In this document: in pieces, positions 49,246 through 61,189 of the stretch
Numbering within the stretch: the stretch's first letter is position 1
How the letters are laid out: every line of letters starts with the position of its first letter
The notes under the pieces: generated by a model
Told to the model about the DNA's origin: nothing
Databases searched by the model: none
What the model saw: the letters and a program-made list of their open reading frames with translations, nothing else
Assembly: GCA_903813345.2 (NCBI GenBank)
Contig: CAIIXF020000001.1
Location: 41,416,001 to 41,480,000 of the forward strand
Reading direction: 5' to 3'
Source of the DNA: Owenia fusiformis
Lineage: Eukaryota
DNA length: 64,000 nucleotides
Made by a program: the position numbers and the translations under genes

Positions 49246-50269
49246 TTAAGTTACTCTTGACCCCCTGAAGGTTTAAAAATATAACCACATGGCACAAAGA
49301 ATTGTTCAATATTGTAAACAATCACATTACCTAATGTCATATTTGCCTAGGGGTTTAATTGGCAAATTCCACAATGATTAATTTTCGCGAATTGCACAAA
49401 AAGTTCCAGGAGTCCATTAAATGTTCAAATAAACTTTTGGGAGGGCGAGTATTCAGAAATAATGTTTTGGCATATATTGACCTGATCCCTAAGCAGAGAC
49501 ATATTTGATGGATTACATTTCAAAACATACACTAGAATGCCAAGCTCACATCCAAATTGAGAACTGTATCAGTTTAAGTACATAGAGCATTGTTTTGTAA
49601 GTTCTTCTAATTGAAAAATGTATAATGAAACTATGTTGTCTCAATTCCAGTGGATTTTTACATGATGGGTCAGATTCTTCTAATCTAAAAATGTGAAATG
49701 AAACTATAATGTCTCAGGTTATATTTATTATTACTTGATGGATAAAACTGTTTTAAATGAAAATTTTCACTATTGTCTTAATTTGTCTTTAACAATGAAA
49801 TTAACATATGGCCATTAGTCTCATTTCATTTAGTTGAGTAAAGTTCAAATTAATTCTGATATGGCTGAACATGTTTATACATATTTAGTTGATATTAAGT
49901 TTATGTTGTTATCTGTATACATATCACATATGTTTGATCTTTCATGATGACCATGCTCTCAGGCATCTTCATCATCATCAAGTTTAGGTAAGTTGGAGGC
50001 TTTCTAGCTGCCTATGTTCTTCCATCTGTTCTATTTATTTTAGGGGTTAAATTTCCCCTTCTAAACCCATAACTTGATATTTTGTAAGGGAGAAACATTT
50101 CCCTGTATTAATCTGACAGGAACTGGTATCCTTAGTCTAATAGGACCGTAGTGTTTGAGCGAACTCCCCCCCCCCAATTTTTGGACCAAAATTGGCAAAA
50201 GTGAACCCCCTGGAATTTTTCAAAAAGTGAACTCCCCTTGGCAAATCCTGGCTATGGGCTTGGGCAGTT

Positions 50270-50432
50270 CTGCTAGCCAGTGTCAGTCTTTTAACAAGTC
50301 AGCAGCACTCCATCTGGTAATCACCTCTCTGGTATTCTAGATAATTAGTCAAATCTCTATGTCAGAGCCTGGTTTTGAACCCAGGACCTTGGCATTAAAA
50401 GACAGGTGCTTTATCCATTGCCCCATGGAGCC
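50270..50432 (-). mobile_element. tRNA-derived SINE fragment
   Basis: Reverse complement GGCTCCATGGGGCAATGG (A box)...GGTTCAAAACC (B box) at tRNA-like spacing; no intact cloverleaf. Confidence 0.5.
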
Positions 50433-50718
50433 ATTCACAAATTGGATTTTAGTTTAAAACAACAATAATTTCAGTTTTGAGACATTCCCTTTTTGTGTAT
50501 AATCAGGATCGAGTGTATATGCATACTCTGTCAAAGATAAGTCAAGAGATTAAATCCACAACTCATAACTCATGACAAGTAGTGGCTCTAAGTTCACCTT
50601 CATTGCATTGAATATACTATTGGGTGCTATGTGCATAACTGGTCACAATTAAGAACAAAAGTTGTGACTAGGTATTAATTTATTACTTATAAGATTATTA
50701 CAAGGAACATCAGTCAAT

Positions 50719-53700
50719 ATGAAGATTTTAATCATATCATCAATTTTAAGTTTGGCTTTTGGAGCAAGAATTGGAACTATACGTAAGTACTTTGATATTA
50801 TAGAACATTACAATTACAACTCATTCATTACTTAAGGGCAGGGTGCATGTTGGGAAATTTTCTGCATTCCTCAATTGAGTCACATGTTATTTTTCAAACA
50901 AGAATAACTCCTTCCCCTCATTGTAATTGTAATGAAAAAAATTTCCATCATGCACCCGGACCTAAAAATTCTGAAATGGTGAATTCAACTTCACTGGGAT
51001 ACTACATTTTACACAGTCAATATGTCTGTGCAACAAGATGGCTTGCCTTCTAATAGCAGATTTTTGAAAAATGTTTTATTTTCTCTATTTACGAGTGCCC
51101 ATTCTCGAATGATTTCTCCATAAGTGTTTTGAGCAGTTAACAAATGGTTTCTTGATTTAAATGATGTAATTAGTATTCACTCAGCATCATCATGAAGCAC
51201 CAGTTGGAGTTCCTCATTGAGCGACGCTGTTCTGTGCTTCAGAACTTCAGTGTGGAGTCTGTTACAAAAGTGAGGAATCAAAACTGTGAATTTATCCCTT
51301 GTGATGATGGAGGGTGACTTTTGAAATAGAAATTATGTACAAGCTGCAAAAGCTGCAAAGGTTTCCGGACAACTCGGACCCAGGACAACTCGGACCCTGG
51401 ACAACTCGGACCCAAGACATCTCGGACCCAAGACAACTCGGACCCAAGACAACTCGGACCCAAGACAACTCGGACCACTTTTTGAAATGATGATTTTTAT
51501 CATTATATTTGGTTTTAATTATTTTTTATGTTTATTTTGACATATATTATATATTGTGAATTAATATATTATGTTAATTTGATGAAATTGTTTTAAATTA
51601 ATGTTTTGATGAGAGTTAAGATGTAAGAAATTATTGAAGCTAAAGACCCAAGACAACTTGGACCACTTTTTGAAATGATGGTTTTTATCATTGTATGGGG
51701 TTCTAATTTTTTGTTTAATGTTTTTTTTCATATATTATATATTGTGAATTTATATATTTTGTTAATTCGATGAAATTGTTTTAAATTAAATCAACTATAA
51801 TTTCAAAAGATGGCCCGAGTTGTCTTGGGTCTTCAGCTTCAATATTCTCTTACTGGTTTTCCTTCATAACTTTCATCAAATAAGTCAAATTAAAACATTT
51901 TCATCAAATTAATACAAAATATGAAGTCACAATATATAATATATGTATTAATTTTCATAAATGAAAATAAAACCACACATAATGATAAAAATCATAATTT
52001 TAAAAAGTGGTCCGAGTTGTCTTGGGTCCGAGATGTCTTGGGTCCGAGTTGTCCAGGGTCCGAGTTGTCCTGGGTCCGAGTTGTCCAGTTACCGCTGCAA
52101 AGCATATAATAATGGAGAAAATCATTGAAGAATTTGATAAGTACACGTGGATGCGTTTGTGAAGTAATCCATCAGAAGTCATATACTTGTACCTTTTACT
52201 TGTTTTGAAAATCATTCATATCAAAGGTAACGCACAGCATTTTTCAAAACATTAGTCATCTTGACCTGGTCCCTGGTTCAGGATGTTTTCACCTGAAGTC
52301 ATACATTCTAAGACAATACATCGTTGAACCACTCTAAACATATTTTACATTTATATTTGTTTGAGCGAAGTGATTTAAGAATATAAACGTAGTTTATATA
52401 ATATGTGCACTAAAGTGACGAGAGGCATGGTTCATAATTAGAATATGCAACAAAATTGAGCGAAGTTTTTTAATTAGATTGCCCCCCCCCCCCTTCTCCC
52501 AAGGGCATTGGCCATGTACTGATGTAAGTGAGTTTTAGGACATTATGGGCTTGGTTGCCTAACACAAGCCACACCTTTGTTGCGTTATGTAACATAACGT
52601 ACCTAACATAATGCACATAATATAGATATAAATATATGCACTTATCCTATAAAACACAGCTTGGTGAGACACCTATAATCCTGCTTGACTGGTTTGACAT
52701 ATTTGCATATCTGAAATTTTGACTAAAATCTAAGAATTTCAACTGTTGTGTAATGAAATACCAGAATGATGTAATTCTCTGAACTTCTACATTCCTGATA
52801 GATGTAGGCTCCAAACTTGACCTTTGTCTTGAACTCATTACTCAAGGAATCTCAAGCCACTGTGTATGTGGGTTCACTAAATAAGTACTACAAAGATAAG
52901 AATTTATATTATGGAAGAACCAAAGCAAGGCTTAATATGGTTTGACTCAAACCAGCTGTAATACTATATATAGAAAATATAATATTGTAATTGTGTTATC
53001 AATTACAATGTTGTTTATTATACAAACATTGTAATTGTATTATAATTTGATTGAATGGTCTGAAATCGCAATGCAGGGTATTGTTTTCAGTTCAGTGGTT
53101 ACAATACAATTATCATGCAAACTTGTTTGAGCAAGAATTGTAAAATATTTGGACCTAAATGGGTCCTTTTTTAAAATTATATTGTAATTGTGGTTTTTCG
53201 ATTGTCATTTTGATTTTTGAATGATGGGATTGGGATGTAAATATTGTTTGTTTGTGTGTTAGTTCATATTTTGGGATATTGGGGGTTGTTTCTTTATAAC
53301 TGATTGGACTCTCAGACTTTTCTTTGGTTAAATATTTCATTTTTGCAGATAATTTAATTTTGGGTTCTTGCATTGGAATTATGAATTTATATCAAGACTT
53401 TCTCCTGTTCATGTATATATGGAGTGATAATGTTGATTCAAATTTTACTCCTGTTCATGTATGTAATCAGGAGTGATATTGTTGATTCTACAAGTGATCA
53501 TTTATCTCCTTAATAAATGTAGACTGAAACGGTTTAACATGCAACAGTTCAAGAGCCATTGAATCATATACCTCCTCAATATACAACGTTCAAGTGAAAT
53601 AATTTGCTGTAGAAGAACCAGGTTGTTCAAGTGTATTTAGTCTAATGTGGTCATATATGCTTTGTATTGCACATCAAAAGGGCACCATATTTCACCTTTT

Positions 53701-56700
53701 AAGAGGGACTAATATATATTGAACATCTCAAGTTGGACATACACACCCATCCTCTCCCCCCCCCATTTCACCATTGTGTTAAAGCCTGAATATATTTGTT
53801 TTTTTCTGCAAAATGTAAAAGTACAAATGTATCTGATTTAGGAGTATGTATTTCTTGAACTTTTGACTTTTGATAAATATTTAACAGGACTAAAGTATAT
53901 ATTGTAATTTTGATATTGTGAACTATTCAATTTTTTTGTAATATACCTTTAAACGCTGGGTATTAAAACCAGGCTTTGTATTCCAGCTATTACATGCAAA
54001 AATGTTAAGATTTTAAATCAAGTCATGATATTATGGTCATAAAACTTCTTTTTGATCTTTGAGATACTGGCCATTTGTTTCATTATGACTAAAATGGTTA
54101 AAATGGGGTCATTTTAAAAATACTAATGTAACCGTATGTTTCAGCTAATGTTGACTGGAACTCTCAAGCCCAGAATACACTTAAAGAAAGGTTAGGAAGA
54201 CCACAGAACACAAATGTTGCAAAAAATATTATATTCTTCTTGGGTGATGGTATGGGTGTTTCTACGGTAACAGGAATCAGAATCTATAAGGGACAGAAGG
54301 CCGGTAACCCTGGAGAGGAAACTATACTCAATATGGATAAATTACCATATACTGGACTTGCAAAGGTAATGTGACATGCTTTTTCTTGCCATTAGTTTCA
54401 CACTGCATTGATGATGTCAGTTACATGATATATGATTTGCTATGTTGATAGTACTATGATATGTTGTCCAAAACACTTATAGATGTCTATTACAATCCCC
54501 TTTTGATTATGCCATGTTCACAAGTGAAGATAGTGTATGGCCTCTTTGTGATCATATTTCAATACATGTACAGTATTGTTGGACATTAGACAAGTTTTGT
54601 GACATATCCCAGAGAGATGTCCTACTCTCAATGTTCTTTTACTGAGAAGCTTTGTTAGCTGAGGGCTGACCTTTTTAAGACATCATTGTTATCAGTTGTT
54701 TAAACATTACAAATTATTTTGAACAGAACAGCCATTTCCCTCATTCCATATCCTTTATTTTACCTAATTGTGACATTATCTCATTTTTATTGCTTTCCTT
54801 ATTTTTGTGCTCTTATTGACCTTTTGAGAGGAATCTTTCTCTTGGAATAGATTTTGCTTATTCAACATGTATAGTTTTTTGTATTTGATTTATGGACTTA
54901 ATCTCCTAAAGTATTTCTAGAGATTGACTAGATTGTCAATTGTACCATTGTACAATATATATACAATACATTGGTTATTCAATGTATTATTGGTTATGTG
55001 CCTGTTTGTTGATATTCATCATATAAATATTGGCTGGGTAGGCCTACCTTTTTGTTGACATTTATTGTACATTGGTTTTATACCTATGCCCCCCACCTAT
55101 TTGTTGACATTCATTGTATTATTATTGGTTGTGTGCCTGTTTGTTGATATTCATCGTATAAATATTGGCTGTGTACCTTTTTGTTGACATTCATTGTACA
55201 TTGGTTTTAGACCAATTTGTTGACATTCATTGTATTATTCTTGGTTTTGTGACTGTTTGTTGATATTCATCATATAAATATTGGCTGCATACCTTTTTGT
55301 TGACATTCATTGTACATTGGTTTTATACCTATTTGTTGACATTCATTGTATTGTTATTGGTTGTGTGCCTATCTGTTGACACTCATTTGTACATTTGTCT
55401 GATACCTTTTTGTTGACATTCATTGCAGACCTACAACACAGACAGACAAGTCCCAGACTCTGCTGCCACAGCCACAGCCTTCCTCAGTGGGGTAAAGGCC
55501 AACTATGGGACAGTAGGGGTAGACCAGACACTCCCTAGGTTCCAGTGTGAAGGACTTGAACAGGCAAAGGTTCCATCCATTTTTAAATGGTCCCAAGATG
55601 AAGGTAATGATCATGAATATTTATGTGGTGTTACAAAGATTTGTAACAATATAATCGTTGATAATGTATTGATTTGATATCACAGTAGGTTTACAGTCTG
55701 TGATATCTCTATTAGCATGATGTCTGCAGAACTGAAAAACGACATCACATTCTTTACAATGACATGTACTGTGACTTGATGCAATGTCAAAAAATGTATA
55801 TTGAACAGTTTAAGCTTACAATGATCTTCCTGCATAATATTGTTTCATTGATTTATGTCAGGTAAAAACACTGGACTTGTGACATCCACTCGTATCACAC
55901 ATGCTACCCCATCAGTGGCTTATCAGTGATATCACAGTAGGTTTACGGTCTGTGATATCTCTAGCATGATGTCTGCAGAACTGAAAAACTGTATTGTGAC
56001 TTGATGCAATGTCAAAAAATATATATTAATCAGTTTAAGCTGACAATGATCTTCTTGCATAATATTGTTTCATTGATTTATGTTAGGTAAAAACACTGGA
56101 CTTGTGACATCCACTCGTATCACACATGCTACCCCATCAGTTGCCTATGCCCATGCAGGAGATCGCTACTGGGAAAATGATAAAGCAGCAACAGGATCCT
56201 GTCCTGACATTGCGAGACAATTGATTGAAAATGAAGTTGGGAAAAACTTGAAGGTTTGATTATGAAATAATATTCCTCTTCCTGGAAACACTCAGGCCAT
56301 CAATTTAGTGCTAGACCTATTCAATATAGAAGTGAAAATTCTTGTTATTCTATGTTACAATTCCAAGTGTATTTAATAAATAAAATCAACATATTGCAGT
56401 AGTTGTATTTAACTCAACCTCTAGATGTTTTGTACTGTATAAATGCCTAAATGGGTAGCTACAATGCATGTCATTTGCATTTGACCACAGTTGATATAAA
56501 CTTTGAAATAACAAAAATGATTTTATGACTTGTTTAGGTTGTTTTGGGAGGGGGCAGATCTTACTTCACACCTAAGACACTTGTAGACCCTGAAGTAAAT
56601 ACAACATTTGGAAGAAGAAGTGATGGAAGGAACCTTATTGAGGTAACATTATTTTGTTATATTCGACATAAGATTACGGATTGTGCATGTATATTACAAA

Positions 56701-59700
56701 TGCTGAGTGTAAATAAATAAAGCATTTAACATTAAAGGACAAGTGAAATAGTCATTTAAACCCAAAGGAATTAGTTTTGTTTAATAATGGGTGAATTTAA
56801 ACATGTCAGCTTATCAGTATTCAAAATGTCCAATAATAAAGAAGGCCGTACATTGAGTTCTCCTTGTAGAACTAGGCCCCCACGTGACTTCACTGGTCCC
56901 CACATGGCTCGTTCTGGTCCATTGAATCATGATATCATAATTCCAAGATATTTACCAAGGTACCAATAAACCAAAACTAATAATGAATAATGTTATATTA
57001 CAGGAATGGAAGCAAGTCCAACAAAATATGAGTCGAAGGGCAGAGTATGTGTGGAACAAAGAGCAGTTTGAAGCAGTAAATCCACAGAATGTTGATTACT
57101 TATTAGGTAAGGGCATGTCTTGAACTGTTGAACATCAACAATTTTAGGCAGTTCATTACTTATTAGGGTAAGAATATGTTTGGACCAACAATATCAGAGC
57201 ATCAAATAAGTCTGTTCTCCCCCTTAACTTTTTTAATTCAGAGATAACGTAGGGTCGATATTTATCATCTTAAAGGGAATTTAATTTGCTGATCACACAC
57301 CAAATCTCAGAGTGATTGGTTAAATTCCAAATCTTTTAGAGTATCTTTAGTGATGTCCATATTTCACTTTTTTAATAGTCTTTATGTCTCCCCCAGCAGC
57401 CCGGAGTACCTCAATTCTACAAGGATATGATCTTGTATAAATCATTCAGAACTTTTAATTTTAGGTGTTATCAACTATTTTGTGATAAAAGATGCCCCTG
57501 CTTCAAAGGTTCCCCTGAATGTAACACATTTTTCTCTGTAATGATATTAAGAAACATCGAAATCACCCAATGTCACTGGGGGAGAACAGACTTATTTGAC
57601 ACCCTGTATACACATTTACAAGAAGTTACACATAAAATGCCCACAGTACGTACACAAGCAATTCACATGAGCTTGCTCACTTAAAACAACAACAGTATGC
57701 ATGAAAAGAATCCACATATAAGAAGGCACATAAAAAAACAAATACAGAATGCACACAAGCAATTCACATATAAGCAGGCTCATATAAAACAATTACAGTA
57801 TACATGCAAGCAATTTATATAAAAGCAGGCACATTAAAATAAATACAGTTTACATGCAAACAATTACATAAACCAGGCACATGTGAAATTAAAATGATTA
57901 CAGTATGCACGTAAGCAATTTATATAAAAGCATACACTCATAAAACACTTACAGTATGCATGCAAGTAATTCATATATGAGCAGGTACATATAAAATGAT
58001 TACAATTTGCACTCAAGCAATACATATATAAGCAGGCACATATAACTGTATAAAAGCAATAGATATATAAGAACATAAGAAACACAATTACAAGCATTAT
58101 TAAAATTAATAAAACAAAATAAAATCCTTGTTGTCTATTTCTCAGGAATGTTTGCTCCTGTCCATCTTGACTTTGAACTGGATCGAGAGGAGACAATGTC
58201 GCAACCATCTCTCAAAGACCTCACTGCTAAAGCTTTGGACATATTGAAGAAAGATAACAAAGGCTACTTCTTAATGGTAGAAGGTATGTCATAATGATAC
58301 AGTGGTCAAATATGTATTGTAATTTTAAGGCCATTTCCAATAGTTGCTCAAAATATAAATGTTACATTCGAAATATGTTATGTTTGATGTTTGATTTGCT
58401 TCTCCAGGGAGTTTTTTTCCTAGTTTGTACTATTGAGAACTTTGTGGTCTGAATACCATTGGTCCAAATCCCAATGGTCCGAAACCCATTTGTCAGAATC
58501 CCAATCGTCTGAATTTTATTGGTCCGAATCCCGCCTAGTTATGCTTAATTTTAATATCAAGATAAAGATGCGAGAAATGTGTTAAAGTGGAATAAAATAT
58601 CACGTTGATGTGTGATTATTGAATAAAGTTAATTCCCCATTTAGCCATGTTTATTGGTAATATTACTTGAGCATTTTACACTTTATGTATTTTACTGCCA
58701 TGTTAAGTCAATGTAAAGCTTTATTACTGATTTGGGTTCAACAGGAAATCAACTCATTTGCTTGTAAAACTGATTGAAGAATGTTCAACAATAACTTTGG
58801 ATGTGAAAATTAGATACATTATTGTCCAATGTACAAAAGCCTCATTTTCGTGTTTGCCATTCTCATAGAATTGGTCAACCGAATTCAATGCAGGTTTTAG
58901 ATATGTTGAGCTCATATGTTATTTTTGAATCATTAGGTTTCAAACCAATGGGATTCAAACCAATGGGACTCAAAGAAATGGGATTTGGACCATTGGGATT
59001 CGAACCAACGGTTTTTTGACCAATGCAATGGGACTCAGATAAATGGGATTCGGAGCATTGGGATTTGGACTAATGGGACACAGACCAATGGTGTTCCCTT
59101 AAAACCTAAAATTCTTTTTGTATGTTTTCTAGGTGGGAGAATAGACCATGCTCATCATGACGGAAATGCAAAGCGCTCTTTGGCTGATGGAGCCATCTTT
59201 GATGAAGCAATTGGTTATGCAATTGACAATACTGACCAATCTGACACTCTCATCATAGTCACTGCTGATCACTCACATACATTCACCATTGGGGGTTACC
59301 CATCCAGAGGAAATGATTTATTTGGTAAGAATCATCCATAATTAGAGTCCACATAACATTTAAACCACCTTGGTATACATTGTACATTATATTATGAGGA
59401 AAAAGGTTGAAAAAAGCAAGTATTTTAGCCACAAGTCCAGAAAAGATTTTTCTAAATTTTGTGCCCCCAAACCAGATAATTATTTCATTATATGCCATTT
59501 CCGACCATTCATTCTAAAATCCTTATGGCACCCTGAACTGGAAAATGCCATGCCATTTACATAAAATGTGTTTAAATATTTTGGTTATAGGCTCTATCTG
59601 TCTATGTGATGCACACAGATATGTTCGCTTAGTAAGGGTATCATGTGCAAATGTATTGTTCTTTCCAATATATTAGTATCTTGAAACAAAACAGTGACAA

Positions 59701-60330
59701 TACTATGAAGTAAAGTATTTGATGGATAATTTTCATGTTTTAGGTTTCAATGACTACTATCATCCAGACAGCAATGCTACAGATAATATGCCATACACCA
59801 CCCTGGCTTATGCAAATGGACCTGGATATGTCCTGAATCAAACAACTGGTATGAGGCAAGACCTCACCAATGTTGACACATGTAAGTATTATATGTTAGA
59901 CCTAGGCCTCGCCAATTTAGACACAAAATTGATAATTTAAACTGATTGATAAATTCAGAATTTTGCAAACATAATCTTCTGATTAGCCTAACAGAAATAA
60001 TTGTTATTTTCAGCTAACAAAGAATTCCTCCAACAAACTGCTGTGCCCACTAATTCAGAGTCCCATGGGGGAGAGGATGTTGCAGTAATGGCCCATGGTC
60101 CTATGTCCCATCTATTCACTGGTGTTTATGAACAGAACTATATAGCACATGCTATGGCGTATGCCTCGTGCGTAGGAGCAAATAAGGAACACTGTAATAG
60201 TGTACCCACAACAGAAGACCCTTGTAAGCCTGCAGGGGCAGGACATTCCATTAAGCCATCGTTAATGATAGGGTTGTCATGCATTCTATCAATTTCATCA
60301 ATAATAACTTCAGTGTGGAACAAATTTTGA
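50719..60330 (+). CDS. ALPL: Alkaline phosphatase (tissue-nonspecific-like, GPI-anchored), ~539 aa, 10 exons
   Basis: Exons 50719-50782, 54145-54365, 55429-55603, 56087-56253, 56538-56642, 57004-57106, 58146-58283, 59133-59324, 59744-59881 and 60014-60330 (1620 nt, in phase). Motifs [16 protein letters not shown] (catalytic Ser), [20 protein letters not shown] and SHGGEDV; signal peptide and hydrophobic C-terminus. Confidence 0.95.
51360..52093. mobile_element. TIR element with 17-bp sub-terminal repeats and 8-9-bp TSD (Merlin/Mutator-like)
   Basis: GACAACTCGGACCCAA about 7 times on the left and inverted about 4 times on the right; GCTGCAAA at 51352-51359 and 52094-52101. Confidence 0.85.
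54965..55428. repeat. Complex minisatellite ending in the alkaline phosphatase exon-3 acceptor
   Basis: TTTGTTGACATTCATTGTA repeated about 10 times; last copy reads ...GACATTCATTGCAG|. Confidence 0.8.
55862..55929 (+). pseudogene. Truncated duplicate of alkaline phosphatase exon 4 ending in an in-frame TGA
   Basis: cag|GTAAAAACACTGGA...CCATCAGTGGCTTATCAG TGA; part of a tandem duplication of 55676-55926 at 55927-56148. Confidence 0.85.
57194..57606. mobile_element. Tc1/mariner-like MITE with a degenerate left end
   Basis: TCAAATAAGTCTGTTCTCCCC / GGGGAGAACAGACTTATTTGACACCCTG|TA. Confidence 0.65.
57610..58075. repeat. Degenerate ~44-bp minisatellite
   Basis: TACAGTATGCA..CAAGCAATT.A.AT.TAAGCAGGCACAT repeated. 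Confidence 0.7.
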
Positions 60331-61189
60331 ATATGGCTTCAACAGTAGTAATCTTTTTAAAAGTTTAACTTAAAAATCTCAAAAAGAGGACTCATTTACT
60401 CTCTTAAATTGATCTAGCCTACACAATAAGGACACTGTATTTAGTTAAATCCGATTGGTTATCATGATTTTAGTTACTACACTGCCACCTATATATTACT
60501 GACTGATTTTCTGTTAAACCCAAATAAAGATCAGCTTAACATTTGTAACATAATTTATATAACTCAGAAAAAAGTAGTTTACTACTGCCCTCTGGCCAAA
60601 GAAAACAATAAATGGATTTGTACTCGCTTACTCAGAGAATTCTTTGTGGGTTACACTGTTTAAAATAAGCTTTCAGTTTCATAATATTGTTTCAATTCAA
60701 TTTTGTCTTTGACTTAAATTGATGACATTTACATGTAGCCATTGTCAGATGTAAAATTGTAATGTTTTATTTAGTTGATATACTATGAACTCGCACACTG
60801 GGCATGCCTCTAACAGGGTGATTTACATGTAAGTTCATGTTGGTAAATATGCAACTATGTATATGGCGGCATCATACGTTTCCTACTTAAAGACAATGTC
60901 CTCAAGCATCACATAGAAAGAATTACTAAATTGTTGAGACCTCATTCATGAATATAACCAGGATGAAGTGTCCACATTCACCAATTATAATGTTCAAAGA
61001 AAAACGGGTGAAAAGAGATATATACTCGCTCGTAGTATGGTAACACATTAAAGTACCACTTCATTGCATTGAAGAAACTATTGGTTGGTATATACATAAA
61101 TATGTGGTCACAAAAACAGCAACTACGTATTAATTCATAATTTTAAAAGGAATGCACTACATCAATCAGATTGCACTACATCAATCAGT

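Noticed and set aside
50361..50432. tRNA gene
   Set aside because: A and B boxes are present but the acceptor and anticodon stems do not pair; treated as a SINE head
51365..51478. Short regular repeats resembling a CRISPR array (also 27080-27790 and 3172-3440)
   Set aside because: Head-to-tail repeats with no unique spacers, eukaryotic context and no cas genes
50840..52340. Possible decayed minus-strand ORF in alkaline phosphatase intron 1, split by the 51360-52093 element
   Set aside because: Multiple stops, no recognisable motif or termini; cannot be supported without a homology search
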